Origin: TPA_inf: Saccharomyces
Lineage: Eukaryota
Assembly: GCA_000146045.2 (NCBI GenBank)
Contig: BK006945.2
Coordinates: 608,001 to 672,000 of the forward strand
Direction of reading: 5' to 3'
Length of the DNA stretch: 64,000 nt
Part shown: positions 1 through 9,532 of the stretch, piece by piece
Layout of the letters: each line of letters opens with the position of its first letter
Position numbering within the stretch: position 1 is the first letter of the stretch
Notes under the pieces: generated by a model
Seen by the model: the letters and a program-made list of their open reading frames with translations, nothing else
Database searches by the model: none
Told to the model about the DNA's origin: nothing
Made by a program: the position numbers and the translations under genes

Positions 1-1524
1 TAGTGCAAAGTTAATGCAAGAAAATTCCCTGAAAATAATATCTTCTCTAAAAAGATAGCTTCTTTTCGGCCTGTGGCTATATATATTTCCTGAACAATTC
101 AGTGGACTATTTATCAAGTCGTTCAGCAACAAGGCGAATGAAGTGCAAAACTTCCTGTGTCTGTGAGTGTACTGCAAAATAGATCTATATGACTTAATCC
201 AGCACATAAGCAAACGAATAATGGCTAGATATCGAAAGTCTTCCATGTTTTTTTGCCAGGAGGGTTTGATGACGACGTCTATGATATTAGCAATAAAATC
301 AAAGCTCAAGTCTAAAAAAAAAACCTGGCGCTCACTCAAATCTGCATATTTGAGTTTGTTCTTTTGTTCCTTACTTTTTCGAGTTGTAAACATAAGATCG
401 AAACTTCCCATTGTGGCAGCCAAGTTTTCAAGTATAACATTAATATTACCTGAATGATACTTTAATGCAGCCATTTGTAAATGCTCTTTCAATAACCAAC
501 AATTAGAAGCACGTGATGCGTTCCATGACTGTGGAACCAAAGTGTGTTCTACTATCGATAGAAATTGCAAAACAATTTGACCTTCAAAGAATGATTTCTC
601 ACCTTTGAGATCTTTTGACACAAGAATTGCCAATTTTTTCATCAGACGTCTTCTTTCCGGAAAATCAGGAGTCAAAATGAAATCTTTCAAATTGTTTAAC
701 GCACATTTAGACGGAATCCTTACCAATGCTCCTCTTACTAATTCAAAGAAATACAGTGAGAATTTCCCAGTGATCAAGTAAATTTTCGCTCGTTGAAAAT
801 AAGTATCTCCAACGGCTGGGAGATAGAGTGAGGCAATATTCAAGTACCTAATAGACTTCTCAAAACCTTCCACACTCTTGGGTTTGTTAGACGGCTTGTT
901 TAGTAGTGTTTTATAAAAATGTGTGGAACCTAGATTAATCACGCATCTTTGTAGTGAGATTACAATGGAAAACGTCAGTGGATTACTCGTGTTTAAGATA
1001 ATTTTCTCATGAGTTGAAAGTCCATCTGTGTATTGCATTAAATTCAACTTCGCGAAGAGAGCATTTGAAATAACGGAATTCATATCGTACTTTGCGCATA
1101 GGTGTTCGATGATGTCATAGTAATACCTGTGTGTAATTTTGAAAAATTGAATCATTTTTTTTTGAAAAATTCTAAAAACTCTGAACTTTCTTCTGTTACT
1201 TAGTCGCATGATATCATGGAACCAGTGCTCAAACCATTGGAGTGTAGGTTCGTGAATTTGAAGCCATAAAAGTTTCAGAACCAATGGTATCACGGAATCA
1301 TTTATGCGTTCGTAATTGTTATTATGGTACATATTTTCTTGTTTCAAAAGTAGCTCTTCGAGAAACCTAGTAGATTTGCGATGTATTCCATCCAGGAAGC
1401 ATCTGAACGTGATATATGCATTTTCATCGCATGTCAACCTTGATGTTAGATGTTTATCCAGATGCGCACGAGCGTTCTTGAAAAATAATCTCATACATTC
1501 TTCGTTAACTTCTTCATTATCCAT
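1..1524 (-). CDS. EST1: Telomerase-associated protein Est1, N-terminal ~508 codons; the gene continues past the window start
   Basis: Reverse-strand ATG at 1524-1522; translation MDNEEVNEECMRLFFKNARAHLDKHLTS matches Est1 as I remember it; I checked this frame triplet by triplet and found no stop from 1524 down to position 1. Confidence 0.85.
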   Translation of the reverse strand, partial: MDNEEVNEECMRLFFKNARAHLDKHLTSRLTCDENAYITFRCFLDGIHRKSTRFLEELLLKQENMYHNNNYERINDSVIPLVLKLLWLQIHEPTLQWFEHWFHDIMRLSNRRKFRVFRIFQKKMIQFFKITHRYYYDIIEHLCAKYDMNSVISNALFAKLNLMQYTDGLSTHEKIILNTSNPLTFSIVISLQRCVINLGSTHFYKTLLNKPSNKPKSVEGFEKSIRYLNIASLYLPAVGDTYFQRAKIYLITGKFSLYFFELVRGALVRIPSKCALNNLKDFILTPDFPERRRLMKKLAILVSKDLKGEKSFFEGQIVLQFLSIVEHTLVPQSWNASRASNCWLLKEHLQMAALKYHSGNINVILENLAATMGSFDLMFTTRKSKEQKNKLKYADLSERQVFFLDLSFDFIANIIDVVIKPSWQKNMEDFRYLAIIRLLMCWIKSYRSILQYTHRHRKFCTSFALLLNDLINSPLNCSGNIYSHRPKRSYLFREDIIFREFSCINFAL

Positions 1525-1782
1525 TATCTATGGTGGCATGTGTCATTTAATGGAATATACTTTTTCCCCTGATAAGTTTGCTAAAAACGGTCGGATCATA
1601 CAGGCATGTTAACATTTCCATTATCCTTTTTGACATTGGATAATGGCGTGAACGCGAAAATCACATTGATAAAAAAAAGCAGTTTGGCGAATTAGTAACT
1701 GTCAATAAAGAGGGCATCGCTTTTGAAAGCACCTTCGTCTGTGCGCTCGCTTCAGCTACGTAAAGGTGTATTATAGACAATA

Positions 1783-3753
1783 ATGAAAGTGCTATGTGTC
1801 GCAGAGAAAAATTCTATAGCGAAGGCAGTTTCACAGATCCTAGGAGGAGGCAGATCAACTTCAAGGGATTCCGGCTACATGTATGTAAAGAACTATGATT
1901 TCATGTTTAGTGGGTTCCCGTTTGCCAGAAATGGGGCTAACTGCGAAGTTACCATGACTAGTGTTGCAGGGCACCTAACAGGCATTGATTTCAGCCATGA
2001 TTCGCATGGGTGGGGAAAATGCGCCATCCAAGAGTTATTTGATGCGCCACTGAACGAGATTATGAATAACAACCAAAAAAAGATAGCAAGCAACATCAAG
2101 CGAGAAGCGAGGAATGCAGACTATCTGATGATATGGACAGATTGCGACCGGGAAGGAGAGTACATCGGTTGGGAGATATGGCAGGAGGCCAAGAGAGGCA
2201 ACAGGCTCATACAAAATGATCAAGTATACCGGGCAGTCTTTTCGCATCTCGAAAGACAACACATATTAAATGCAGCACGAAACCCAAGTCGATTGGATAT
2301 GAAGAGTGTGCACGCTGTAGGCACGCGGATTGAAATCGATCTTCGAGCAGGTGTTACATTCACCAGACTCTTAACAGAAACGCTACGAAATAAACTGAGA
2401 AACCAAGCCACCATGACCAAGGATGGTGCAAAACACCGCGGTGGTAACAAGAACGACTCACAAGTCGTATCGTATGGTACATGCCAGTTTCCAACGCTCG
2501 GCTTTGTAGTAGACAGGTTTGAAAGAATACGAAATTTTGTTCCCGAAGAGTTCTGGTATATCCAATTGGTAGTCGAAAACAAAGACAACGGCGGAACAAC
2601 AACGTTCCAGTGGGACAGGGGCCACTTGTTCGACCGGCTGAGCGTGTTAACGTTTTACGAGACATGCATCGAAACCGCCGGCAATGTTGCTCAAGTAGTA
2701 GACTTGAAATCAAAGCCAACAACGAAATACAGACCTTTACCTCTGACCACAGTGGAGCTACAAAAAAACTGCGCCCGGTACCTGCGTCTGAACGCCAAAC
2801 AATCACTAGACGCAGCAGAAAAGCTATACCAAAAGGGGTTCATATCGTATCCAAGAACAGAGACTGATACTTTCCCACACGCAATGGACCTAAAATCCTT
2901 GGTCGAAAAGCAAGCTCAATTGGACCAACTCGCTGCAGGCGGCAGAACCGCCTGGGCATCGTACGCGGCATCGCTGCTCCAACCCGAAAACACAAGTAAC
3001 AATAACAAGTTCAAGTTTCCACGAAGCGGCTCCCATGACGACAAAGCGCATCCACCAATCCACCCCATCGTAAGTCTGGGGCCTGAAGCAAATGTTTCGC
3101 CAGTGGAAAGAAGAGTATACGAGTACGTGGCCAGGCACTTTTTGGCATGCTGCTCAGAGGACGCCAAGGGCCAATCGATGACCCTTGTGTTGGACTGGGC
3201 CGTTGAACGTTTCTCAGCTTCAGGTCTCGTAGTCCTAGAGAGAAATTTCCTCGATGTTTACCCTTGGGCCCGATGGGAAACCACCAAGCAGTTACCGCGG
3301 CTTGAAATGAATGCCCTCGTAGACATCGCGAAGGCCGAAATGAAGGCGGGCACTACGGCGCCGCCCAAGCCGATGACTGAGAGTGAACTCATTCTCCTCA
3401 TGGATACAAACGGCATTGGCACAGACGCCACCATTGCGGAGCACATAGACAAGATCCAAGTACGTAATTACGTTAGGAGCGAGAAAGTAGGCAAGGAAAC
3501 CTACTTACAACCCACGACCCTGGGTGTCTCACTAGTGCACGGCTTCGAGGCCATCGGCCTCGAAGACTCCTTTGCAAAGCCCTTCCAGCGCAGAGAAATG
3601 GAGCAAGACCTCAAGAAAATCTGCGAAGGTCATGCCTCCAAGACTGATGTTGTAAAGGACATAGTCGAGAAGTATAGGAAGTACTGGCACAAGACGAATG
3701 CCTGCAAGAATACTCTCTTGCAAGTTTATGACCGTGTCAAGGCATCCATGTAA
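1783..3753 (+). CDS. TOP3: DNA topoisomerase III (type IA)
   Basis: 656-aa ORF starting at ATG 1783; Toprim/topo IA motifs; length and N-terminus MKVLCVAEKNSIAKAV match Top3. Confidence 0.95.
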   Translation: MKVLCVAEKNSIAKAVSQILGGGRSTSRDSGYMYVKNYDFMFSGFPFARNGANCEVTMTSVAGHLTGIDFSHDSHGWGKCAIQELFDAPLNEIMNNNQKKIASNIKREARNADYLMIWTDCDREGEYIGWEIWQEAKRGNRLIQNDQVYRAVFSHLERQHILNAARNPSRLDMKSVHAVGTRIEIDLRAGVTFTRLLTETLRNKLRNQATMTKDGAKHRGGNKNDSQVVSYGTCQFPTLGFVVDRFERIRNFVPEEFWYIQLVVENKDNGGTTTFQWDRGHLFDRLSVLTFYETCIETAGNVAQVVDLKSKPTTKYRPLPLTTVELQKNCARYLRLNAKQSLDAAEKLYQKGFISYPRTETDTFPHAMDLKSLVEKQAQLDQLAAGGRTAWASYAASLLQPENTSNNNKFKFPRSGSHDDKAHPPIHPIVSLGPEANVSPVERRVYEYVARHFLACCSEDAKGQSMTLVLDWAVERFSASGLVVLERNFLDVYPWARWETTKQLPRLEMNALVDIAKAEMKAGTTAPPKPMTESELILLMDTNGIGTDATIAEHIDKIQVRNYVRSEKVGKETYLQPTTLGVSLVHGFEAIGLEDSFAKPFQRREMEQDLKKICEGHASKTDVVKDIVEKYRKYWHKTNACKNTLLQVYDRVKASM

Positions 3754-4366
3754 GGCGTTTTTGCCGCCCTTTGTCTTCAAAAAAGCTCTCCGCTTAATTG
3801 CATGATTCAGCTGACTGCATATGTGCATTTTCAGTACCAGCCGCAACTGCATCAAACCATGCAGAAGTCGCCGCCACAGAAGCTCCAGCGCGCCGCGTAA
3901 ACGCATGTTGGAAGGCGCCCCAATTAGCATATTCACGCGCGACTACCAAACGCATAGGGAAGGTTTCAGAGAGCCGATGAGCAGCGGATGCACAGAGTAC
4001 GGCCATAAGGCTGCAAAGCGCTTGGCAGGAATGGGCGTTTTCTAGAGGTTGCCTTATTGATTTATATGGAAGAGGAGAGGATTCATCGATCGGGCTTCTA
4101 AGGCAAATAGTATGCATACCTTTTTCGGGTAGTTGAAGAGAAAAGAGGAAGAGAATAGAAAAAAAAAAAAAGCGAAATTTTTACATCCTCTATTGTAATG
4201 TAATTTCTTTTTTTTTATTAGGTATATATGTGAGATACAATTCTCGAAGTCATCGGGAAGCTTTACCATTTCATTTCCTATTCCAGAACTCATATTAGCA
4301 TCTATTGTTCTGAGATTCATCGCAACATCATTTAAAGGACTGTAGAGCCAATTGCATTATATCAAT

Positions 4367-6163
4367 ATGAGTTTCGGTAGTAAAGTCTCCAGGGCTTTGA
4401 GATTTTTGGAAATTCCTGTCAAAGACAGGGCATCTGTGAGTTTCTTGAAGAACCCGGATTTGCAACCTATTAAGTCGGCTAACCAAACATGGGGGTTCTG
4501 GTCTAATTTTGCATATTGGGGTGTTATGTCCTTTTCAGTGGGTACATGGATGAGTGCCTCTTCTGCACTAGGTGTTGGATTAAGTTACCCAGAAACCATT
4601 GGTACATTTATCGTCGGTGATGTGTTGACCATTATTTTCACATTGGCAAACTCGTGTCCTGGTTACGACTGGAAGGTCGGTTTCACTTTGGCCCAAAGAT
4701 TCGTCTTTGGTATTTACGGTTCTGCCTTCGGTATCATCATCAGAATTTTGATGAGTATTGTCAACTACGGGTCCAACGCTTGGGTGGGAGGTCTTTGTAT
4801 CAATATGATCTTGGATTCATGGTCTCACCATTATTTGCACCTGCCAAACACCTTATCTTCGAAAGTTGCCATGACCACTAAAGAATTAATTGGTTTTATC
4901 ATCTTCCACGTCCTTACTGCATTCTGTTACTTAATGAAACCCTACCACATGAACTACATTTTAATTTGGTCGTGTGTTGCTACATTTTTCTCTATGTTGG
5001 GTATGGTGATCTATTTAGCTAAACAGGCTCACGGTGTTGGAGAATTGTTTACCTCCACTAAATCCACTGCCACTGGCTCCACCAAAGCTTGGGCTTGGGT
5101 TTATATGATCTCGTACTGGTTCGGTTCCGTTTCTCCAGGTTCCACCAACCAAAGTGATTACTCGAGATTTGGTTCCTCCAATTGGGCTATCTGGGCCGGT
5201 ACCATCTGTGCATTGTTAATTCCAACCACTTTAATCCCAGTTTTTGGTGTTATTGGTGCCTCCACCTGTGACAAACTATACGGTGAACAATATTGGATGC
5301 CTATGGATATCTTCAACCATTGGTTGACAACTAACTATTCTGCAGGTGCTCGTGCCGGTGCGTTCTTCTGTGGTCTTTCATTTGTCCTATCTCAAATGTC
5401 CTACACCATCTCCAACTGTGGGTTTGCCAGTGGTATGGATTTGGCCGGTTTATTACCCAAGTATGTCGACATCAAGAGGGGTGCCCTTTTTGCCGCATGT
5501 GTCTCCTGGGCTTGTTTGCCATGGAACTTCTACAACTCTTCTTCTACTTTCTTGACTGTCATGAGTTCTTTCGGTGTTGTCATGACTCCTATCATTTCTG
5601 TCATGATTTGCGATAACTTCTTGATCAGAAAAAGACAATACTCCATCACTAATGCCTTTATTCTCAAGGGTGAATACTATTTCACTAAGGGTGTTAACTG
5701 GAGAGCTATTGTTGCCTGGGTTTGTGGTATGACCCCCGGTCTACCTGGTATTGCTTGGGAAGTCAATAATGACTATTTCCACAACACTGGTATTGTCAAT
5801 TTCTTTTACGGTGACTCCTTCTTCTCGTTTTTGATCTCCTTTTTCGTCTATTGGGGACTATGCCTCCTCTTCCCATTCAAAATTACTGTCAAACATGATG
5901 ACAAAGATTATTATGGTGCCTTTACTGACGAAGAAGCAAGAAAGAAGGGCATGGTTCCATACAGTGAAATTTCTGAAGAAGAAATCCGCGCTTACACATT
6001 AGGCGAAGGTTACACTACCGGCCACGAGTACAGACCTGAAGGCTCCGACGATGAAATACCTGAGTTGGTCAAAACTAGCTCTGAAAACACCAATGAGTTT
6101 GAAATAGTTCATCATAAGAATAATGAAAAGCAATCCTCCACCGCCAGTGAAAAAGCTGCTTAG
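4367..6163 (+). CDS. THI7: Plasma-membrane thiamine transporter (NCS1 nucleobase:cation symporter family)
   Basis: Multi-TM permease ORF; the track start at 4352 is TTG, the first ATG is 4367 (MSFGSKVSRALRF...), giving 598 aa as expected for Thi7; genomic position after TOP3. Confidence 0.9.
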   Translation: MSFGSKVSRALRFLEIPVKDRASVSFLKNPDLQPIKSANQTWGFWSNFAYWGVMSFSVGTWMSASSALGVGLSYPETIGTFIVGDVLTIIFTLANSCPGYDWKVGFTLAQRFVFGIYGSAFGIIIRILMSIVNYGSNAWVGGLCINMILDSWSHHYLHLPNTLSSKVAMTTKELIGFIIFHVLTAFCYLMKPYHMNYILIWSCVATFFSMLGMVIYLAKQAHGVGELFTSTKSTATGSTKAWAWVYMISYWFGSVSPGSTNQSDYSRFGSSNWAIWAGTICALLIPTTLIPVFGVIGASTCDKLYGEQYWMPMDIFNHWLTTNYSAGARAGAFFCGLSFVLSQMSYTISNCGFASGMDLAGLLPKYVDIKRGALFAACVSWACLPWNFYNSSSTFLTVMSSFGVVMTPIISVMICDNFLIRKRQYSITNAFILKGEYYFTKGVNWRAIVAWVCGMTPGLPGIAWEVNNDYFHNTGIVNFFYGDSFFSFLISFFVYWGLCLLFPFKITVKHDDKDYYGAFTDEEARKKGMVPYSEISEEEIRAYTLGEGYTTGHEYRPEGSDDEIPELVKTSSENTNEFEIVHHKNNEKQSSTASEKAA

Positions 6164-6754
6164 TGGGAAATAAAATTGCAAAAAATAATTAAGAATAAAA
6201 TTTCCCTTTCATTTAATGGCTCTCTGCACTAATTTTTTTACCTACGAAATTTTCCTTCGTTCACACTTAATATTAAATAACAGCTCTTTCCTAATAATAA
6301 CATATACACTAGATATATAATACCAAATAAATTAAAAAAAAAGAAAAACAAAAAATAACGTAGCTTTGTTACAGTCGTAAAAAAAAGAACAATAAACCAA
6401 TCTTATTGCCAGCGTCTAACTAGTCCTATTATATTCCAATATATTAAGGGGTAAGGACTACTATTATTCGCCCTGAATTGAAATCTTTTAGAAAGCACCT
6501 GTTCTCTCTCTGGTGTTCTTTTTTTCTCATCTATTATCTAATTTCTTCAACCTTCGTTATTTGTTGTTATTCCGTAATCGTGGTGCTCAACTTTTGAAAT
6601 TTCACTTGTTTACCATAACGGAACATAATTAAAAATTTGTTCTTGAAAGTCACAAGCACTACGTGAACACAAAATTAAGGCAAGAGTGACAAAGTAACCC
6701 TCACAAGGAGCCTGTCGTTGGTTATATTGGAAGCTATAGATATAATCGAATCCA

Positions 6755-8191
6755 ATGACTGGTCCTGGACCTGAAATAAATAAGGAGGAGCACCCCAGTT
6801 CTCCGGGCAAGAAACAGATAACATATAATAGTATACCCAAGAATGCAAATCTAATTGATGGATCTACGAATTCATCGAAGAGGCCAATTGAAAAGTATGA
6901 CAAGAGAATAGCCGACCCAACAAAAAGCTATTTTCCACATAGCATATCAAGAACACCAAGGAGAAAATATACTTACATTCTAGTCCTCACATCACTAAAT
7001 GGAACTTTTGAGAGCAAACATGTGGTGATACCATTTAAACCAGATGGTTTGAAATTGGGAAGGCCTGTTGCTAATAGTAATAGCAGCTCCAGTTCATCGC
7101 TCAGGGGCGGTAAAAGAGTGGATTCACACACTTTTTCCCAAGTAAGGTCCGATAATGGTAATTTCGATTCAAGAGTACTCTCCAGGAATCATGCATTGTT
7201 AAGTTGCGACCCGCTCACGGGTAAGGTATATATACGAGACTTAAAATCCAGTAATGGTACGTTCATTAACGGTCAAAGAATTGGCTCAAATGACGTAGAA
7301 ATCAAAGTTGGCGATGTGATAGACTTGGGAACAGATATAGATACGAAAATTGAGCATCGAAAAATAAGTGCCACAGTTGAAGAACTATTTGTACAACCTT
7401 TATTAGAATCACCGATTTTTGAAAATGAAGATAGTGATGATTGCCATACAATTACAGAAAAAGAGGAGGCTGCTGCCATAACAAGTCACATATATGGTGA
7501 TTCCAACAACCTAGAATTGGAAGAAGTTATCCTGGGCTCTGATACAGAAATACTGAGTGGAATTTTTATTAATAATTGTATTGGTACGAGCCCGACTTTA
7601 TCTAATATCATCAAAACCCTGGCAATGGAAATTCCATTTTCCAAATGCGATAATTTTAAATTACAGTCGATGGAGAATTTCTTAATTAATTATACGACAC
7701 ATCTAGAATACACGAACAAACTTTTAGTGGAAAAAAATGATCAGCAACTGGTAAAGCTGCAAAATGGATTAAGAAGGAAACTGTCGGGGAAATACGAAAA
7801 GATTATCGAACAAAACAGAAATCAAGTAAAACAGTTGGAAAGGGACCATATGTTTTTCAAAAAGTCATTTGAAGTGAAGAAAAGAAGAAATAATGAAAAG
7901 CAAAAAAGCATGGAAAGGGAAATAGAAGACTTGAAAACTAGGTTAGAAGTGGAACGATATAAGAATTCACAAATGATGAAGAAGAACAAACAGAAAGAAC
8001 AAGAACTCTCAACTGCATCTAAAAAAAAGACTACCGAACATGACACTAGAGGCGTCCCGGGCATGAATCCTAAGGGTACTGACAAATTTAGCATCAAGAA
8101 CACGCTATGTAATCATTTCACACTATTAACATTTGGAACTATTTCCATCGGGATTATAGCTATTGTCTTCAAGATCCTTTCCCCCAACTAG
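6755..8191 (+). CDS. FAR10: FHA-domain protein with C-terminal tail-anchor TM segment (Far complex, pheromone-arrest recovery)
   Basis: 478 aa; FHA-like region ([16 protein letters not shown]), coiled-coil, hydrophobic C-terminus; length and synteny match YLR238W. Confidence 0.85.
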
Positions 8192-8331
8192 CATCGTAAA
8201 TACAAGACACACACGATCCGCTTTTCACGTCAGAGATTATTATATACGTACGTATATATGTAATAGATATTCACATGTAAAAAAAGGTAAGCATCCTTTC
8301 ATTTAAGAAAGTATGGGGGGAGTCATCCGTC

Positions 8332-9318
8332 TCACGGATTCTTTTTCAAAATATTGACGTCGTCAATTTGCATTCTTTCCAAAGTTTTTATTCCTAGCAG
8401 CTTTGTCATTTCTTTGACAAAACTAATTGCTACACTTTGCACATTTACAACAGCATCGGGTCGTTGTTCCATAATTGAAGTAGTCAGTGTATTTTTCAAA
8501 CCGCACATTTCAAAACTATTCATATACGATAGATCTGTATTAACATTAATTGCTACCCCGTGCGATGTTATGGAACGTCTGACGTGTATTCCAACACTAG
8601 CAACTTTCTTCTTGCCATTTTCAACCCAAACTCCAGTGTCCTTTGTAGTCATAGCATCTAAGTTCAAAGGCTTGTCAGTGTCGTCGCACATCTTGGTATT
8701 CTTCAACGTTCTGATAGTGGCCTGCTCAATGCATGAAACCAAGCATTTAGCAGGGAAACTTTGAAATGTTTTCAAATCTAAAATAATGTAAATAACAATT
8801 TGGCCTGGACCATGAAATGTTACTTGTCCACCCCTTTCCACTTGAACAAACTTTGGTCGTGGGTTGTCCTTTTGCGTTTCTGGAATGAAACTTTCATAAG
8901 CCGCTATCTGATCTGGCGTCATAGTTTTCTTAATCCTCTTCCCACCTGTATAAGTTGGCTCAAACTCAAACGTTAATATTATCGGATTAGGTTTCATTGC
9001 CATAACCTTGTCTAATATTCTTTTTTCGTTATCATTTATTGTTGCAGTGCCCTTATATTCTTCATCCAATTGTATTAATTTTCTCTCAATCTTCGATTGA
9101 ATGTCTTTGATGTCCAAATTTGCCCTAACTAATGTCTCCTGTATTTCCAATCCTTTTTGAAAAGGTATTCTTTGAGTGAATTGTAGATGTCTGAGCGTTT
9201 GCGCTGAGGGTTTTATAGGATGTGTCATTTCCTTGAGAGCAGAGGCATAAGTGCTAAAGCATTGTCGCCTACAGACATTGAAGTTTGTGCATACGGACTG
9301 GCGAATACACCTCGACAT
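8332..9318 (-). CDS. LIP2: Mitochondrial lipoyl(octanoyl)-ACP:protein transferase
   Basis: 328-aa minus-strand ORF with ATG at 9318-9316; LipB-family motifs; length and position match YLR239C. Confidence 0.85.
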   Translation of the reverse strand: MSRCIRQSVCTNFNVCRRQCFSTYASALKEMTHPIKPSAQTLRHLQFTQRIPFQKGLEIQETLVRANLDIKDIQSKIERKLIQLDEEYKGTATINDNEKRILDKVMAMKPNPIILTFEFEPTYTGGKRIKKTMTPDQIAAYESFIPETQKDNPRPKFVQVERGGQVTFHGPGQIVIYIILDLKTFQSFPAKCLVSCIEQATIRTLKNTKMCDDTDKPLNLDAMTTKDTGVWVENGKKKVASVGIHVRRSITSHGVAINVNTDLSYMNSFEMCGLKNTLTTSIMEQRPDAVVNVQSVAISFVKEMTKLLGIKTLERMQIDDVNILKKNP

Positions 9319-9532
9319 GGGGCTGAAGCTTTCGACAAATCTTAAATTGTGACTTTGTGCATGAAATTTTTATATGAACGTTTTAAATAAGTGGACATAG
9401 TCCTTCATTCGGTATATGCAGATCCGGCATCAAACACTTTTTCAAGAAAGTTTGAGTCAAAAGGATTAAAGGATAAAGTAAAACAACAATAACATCTCCG
9501 TGAAGCATTGAGGGAAGGGTTTAACTCCAACA

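Noticed and set aside
3532-4117. Two minus-strand ORFs (3532-3936, 134 aa; 3794-4117, 107 aa) overlapping the 3' end of TOP3
   Set aside because: They overlap a well-supported gene on the opposite strand and have no recognisable motifs. They correspond to positions annotated as dubious ORFs (YLR235C/YLR236C). I do not consider them coding.
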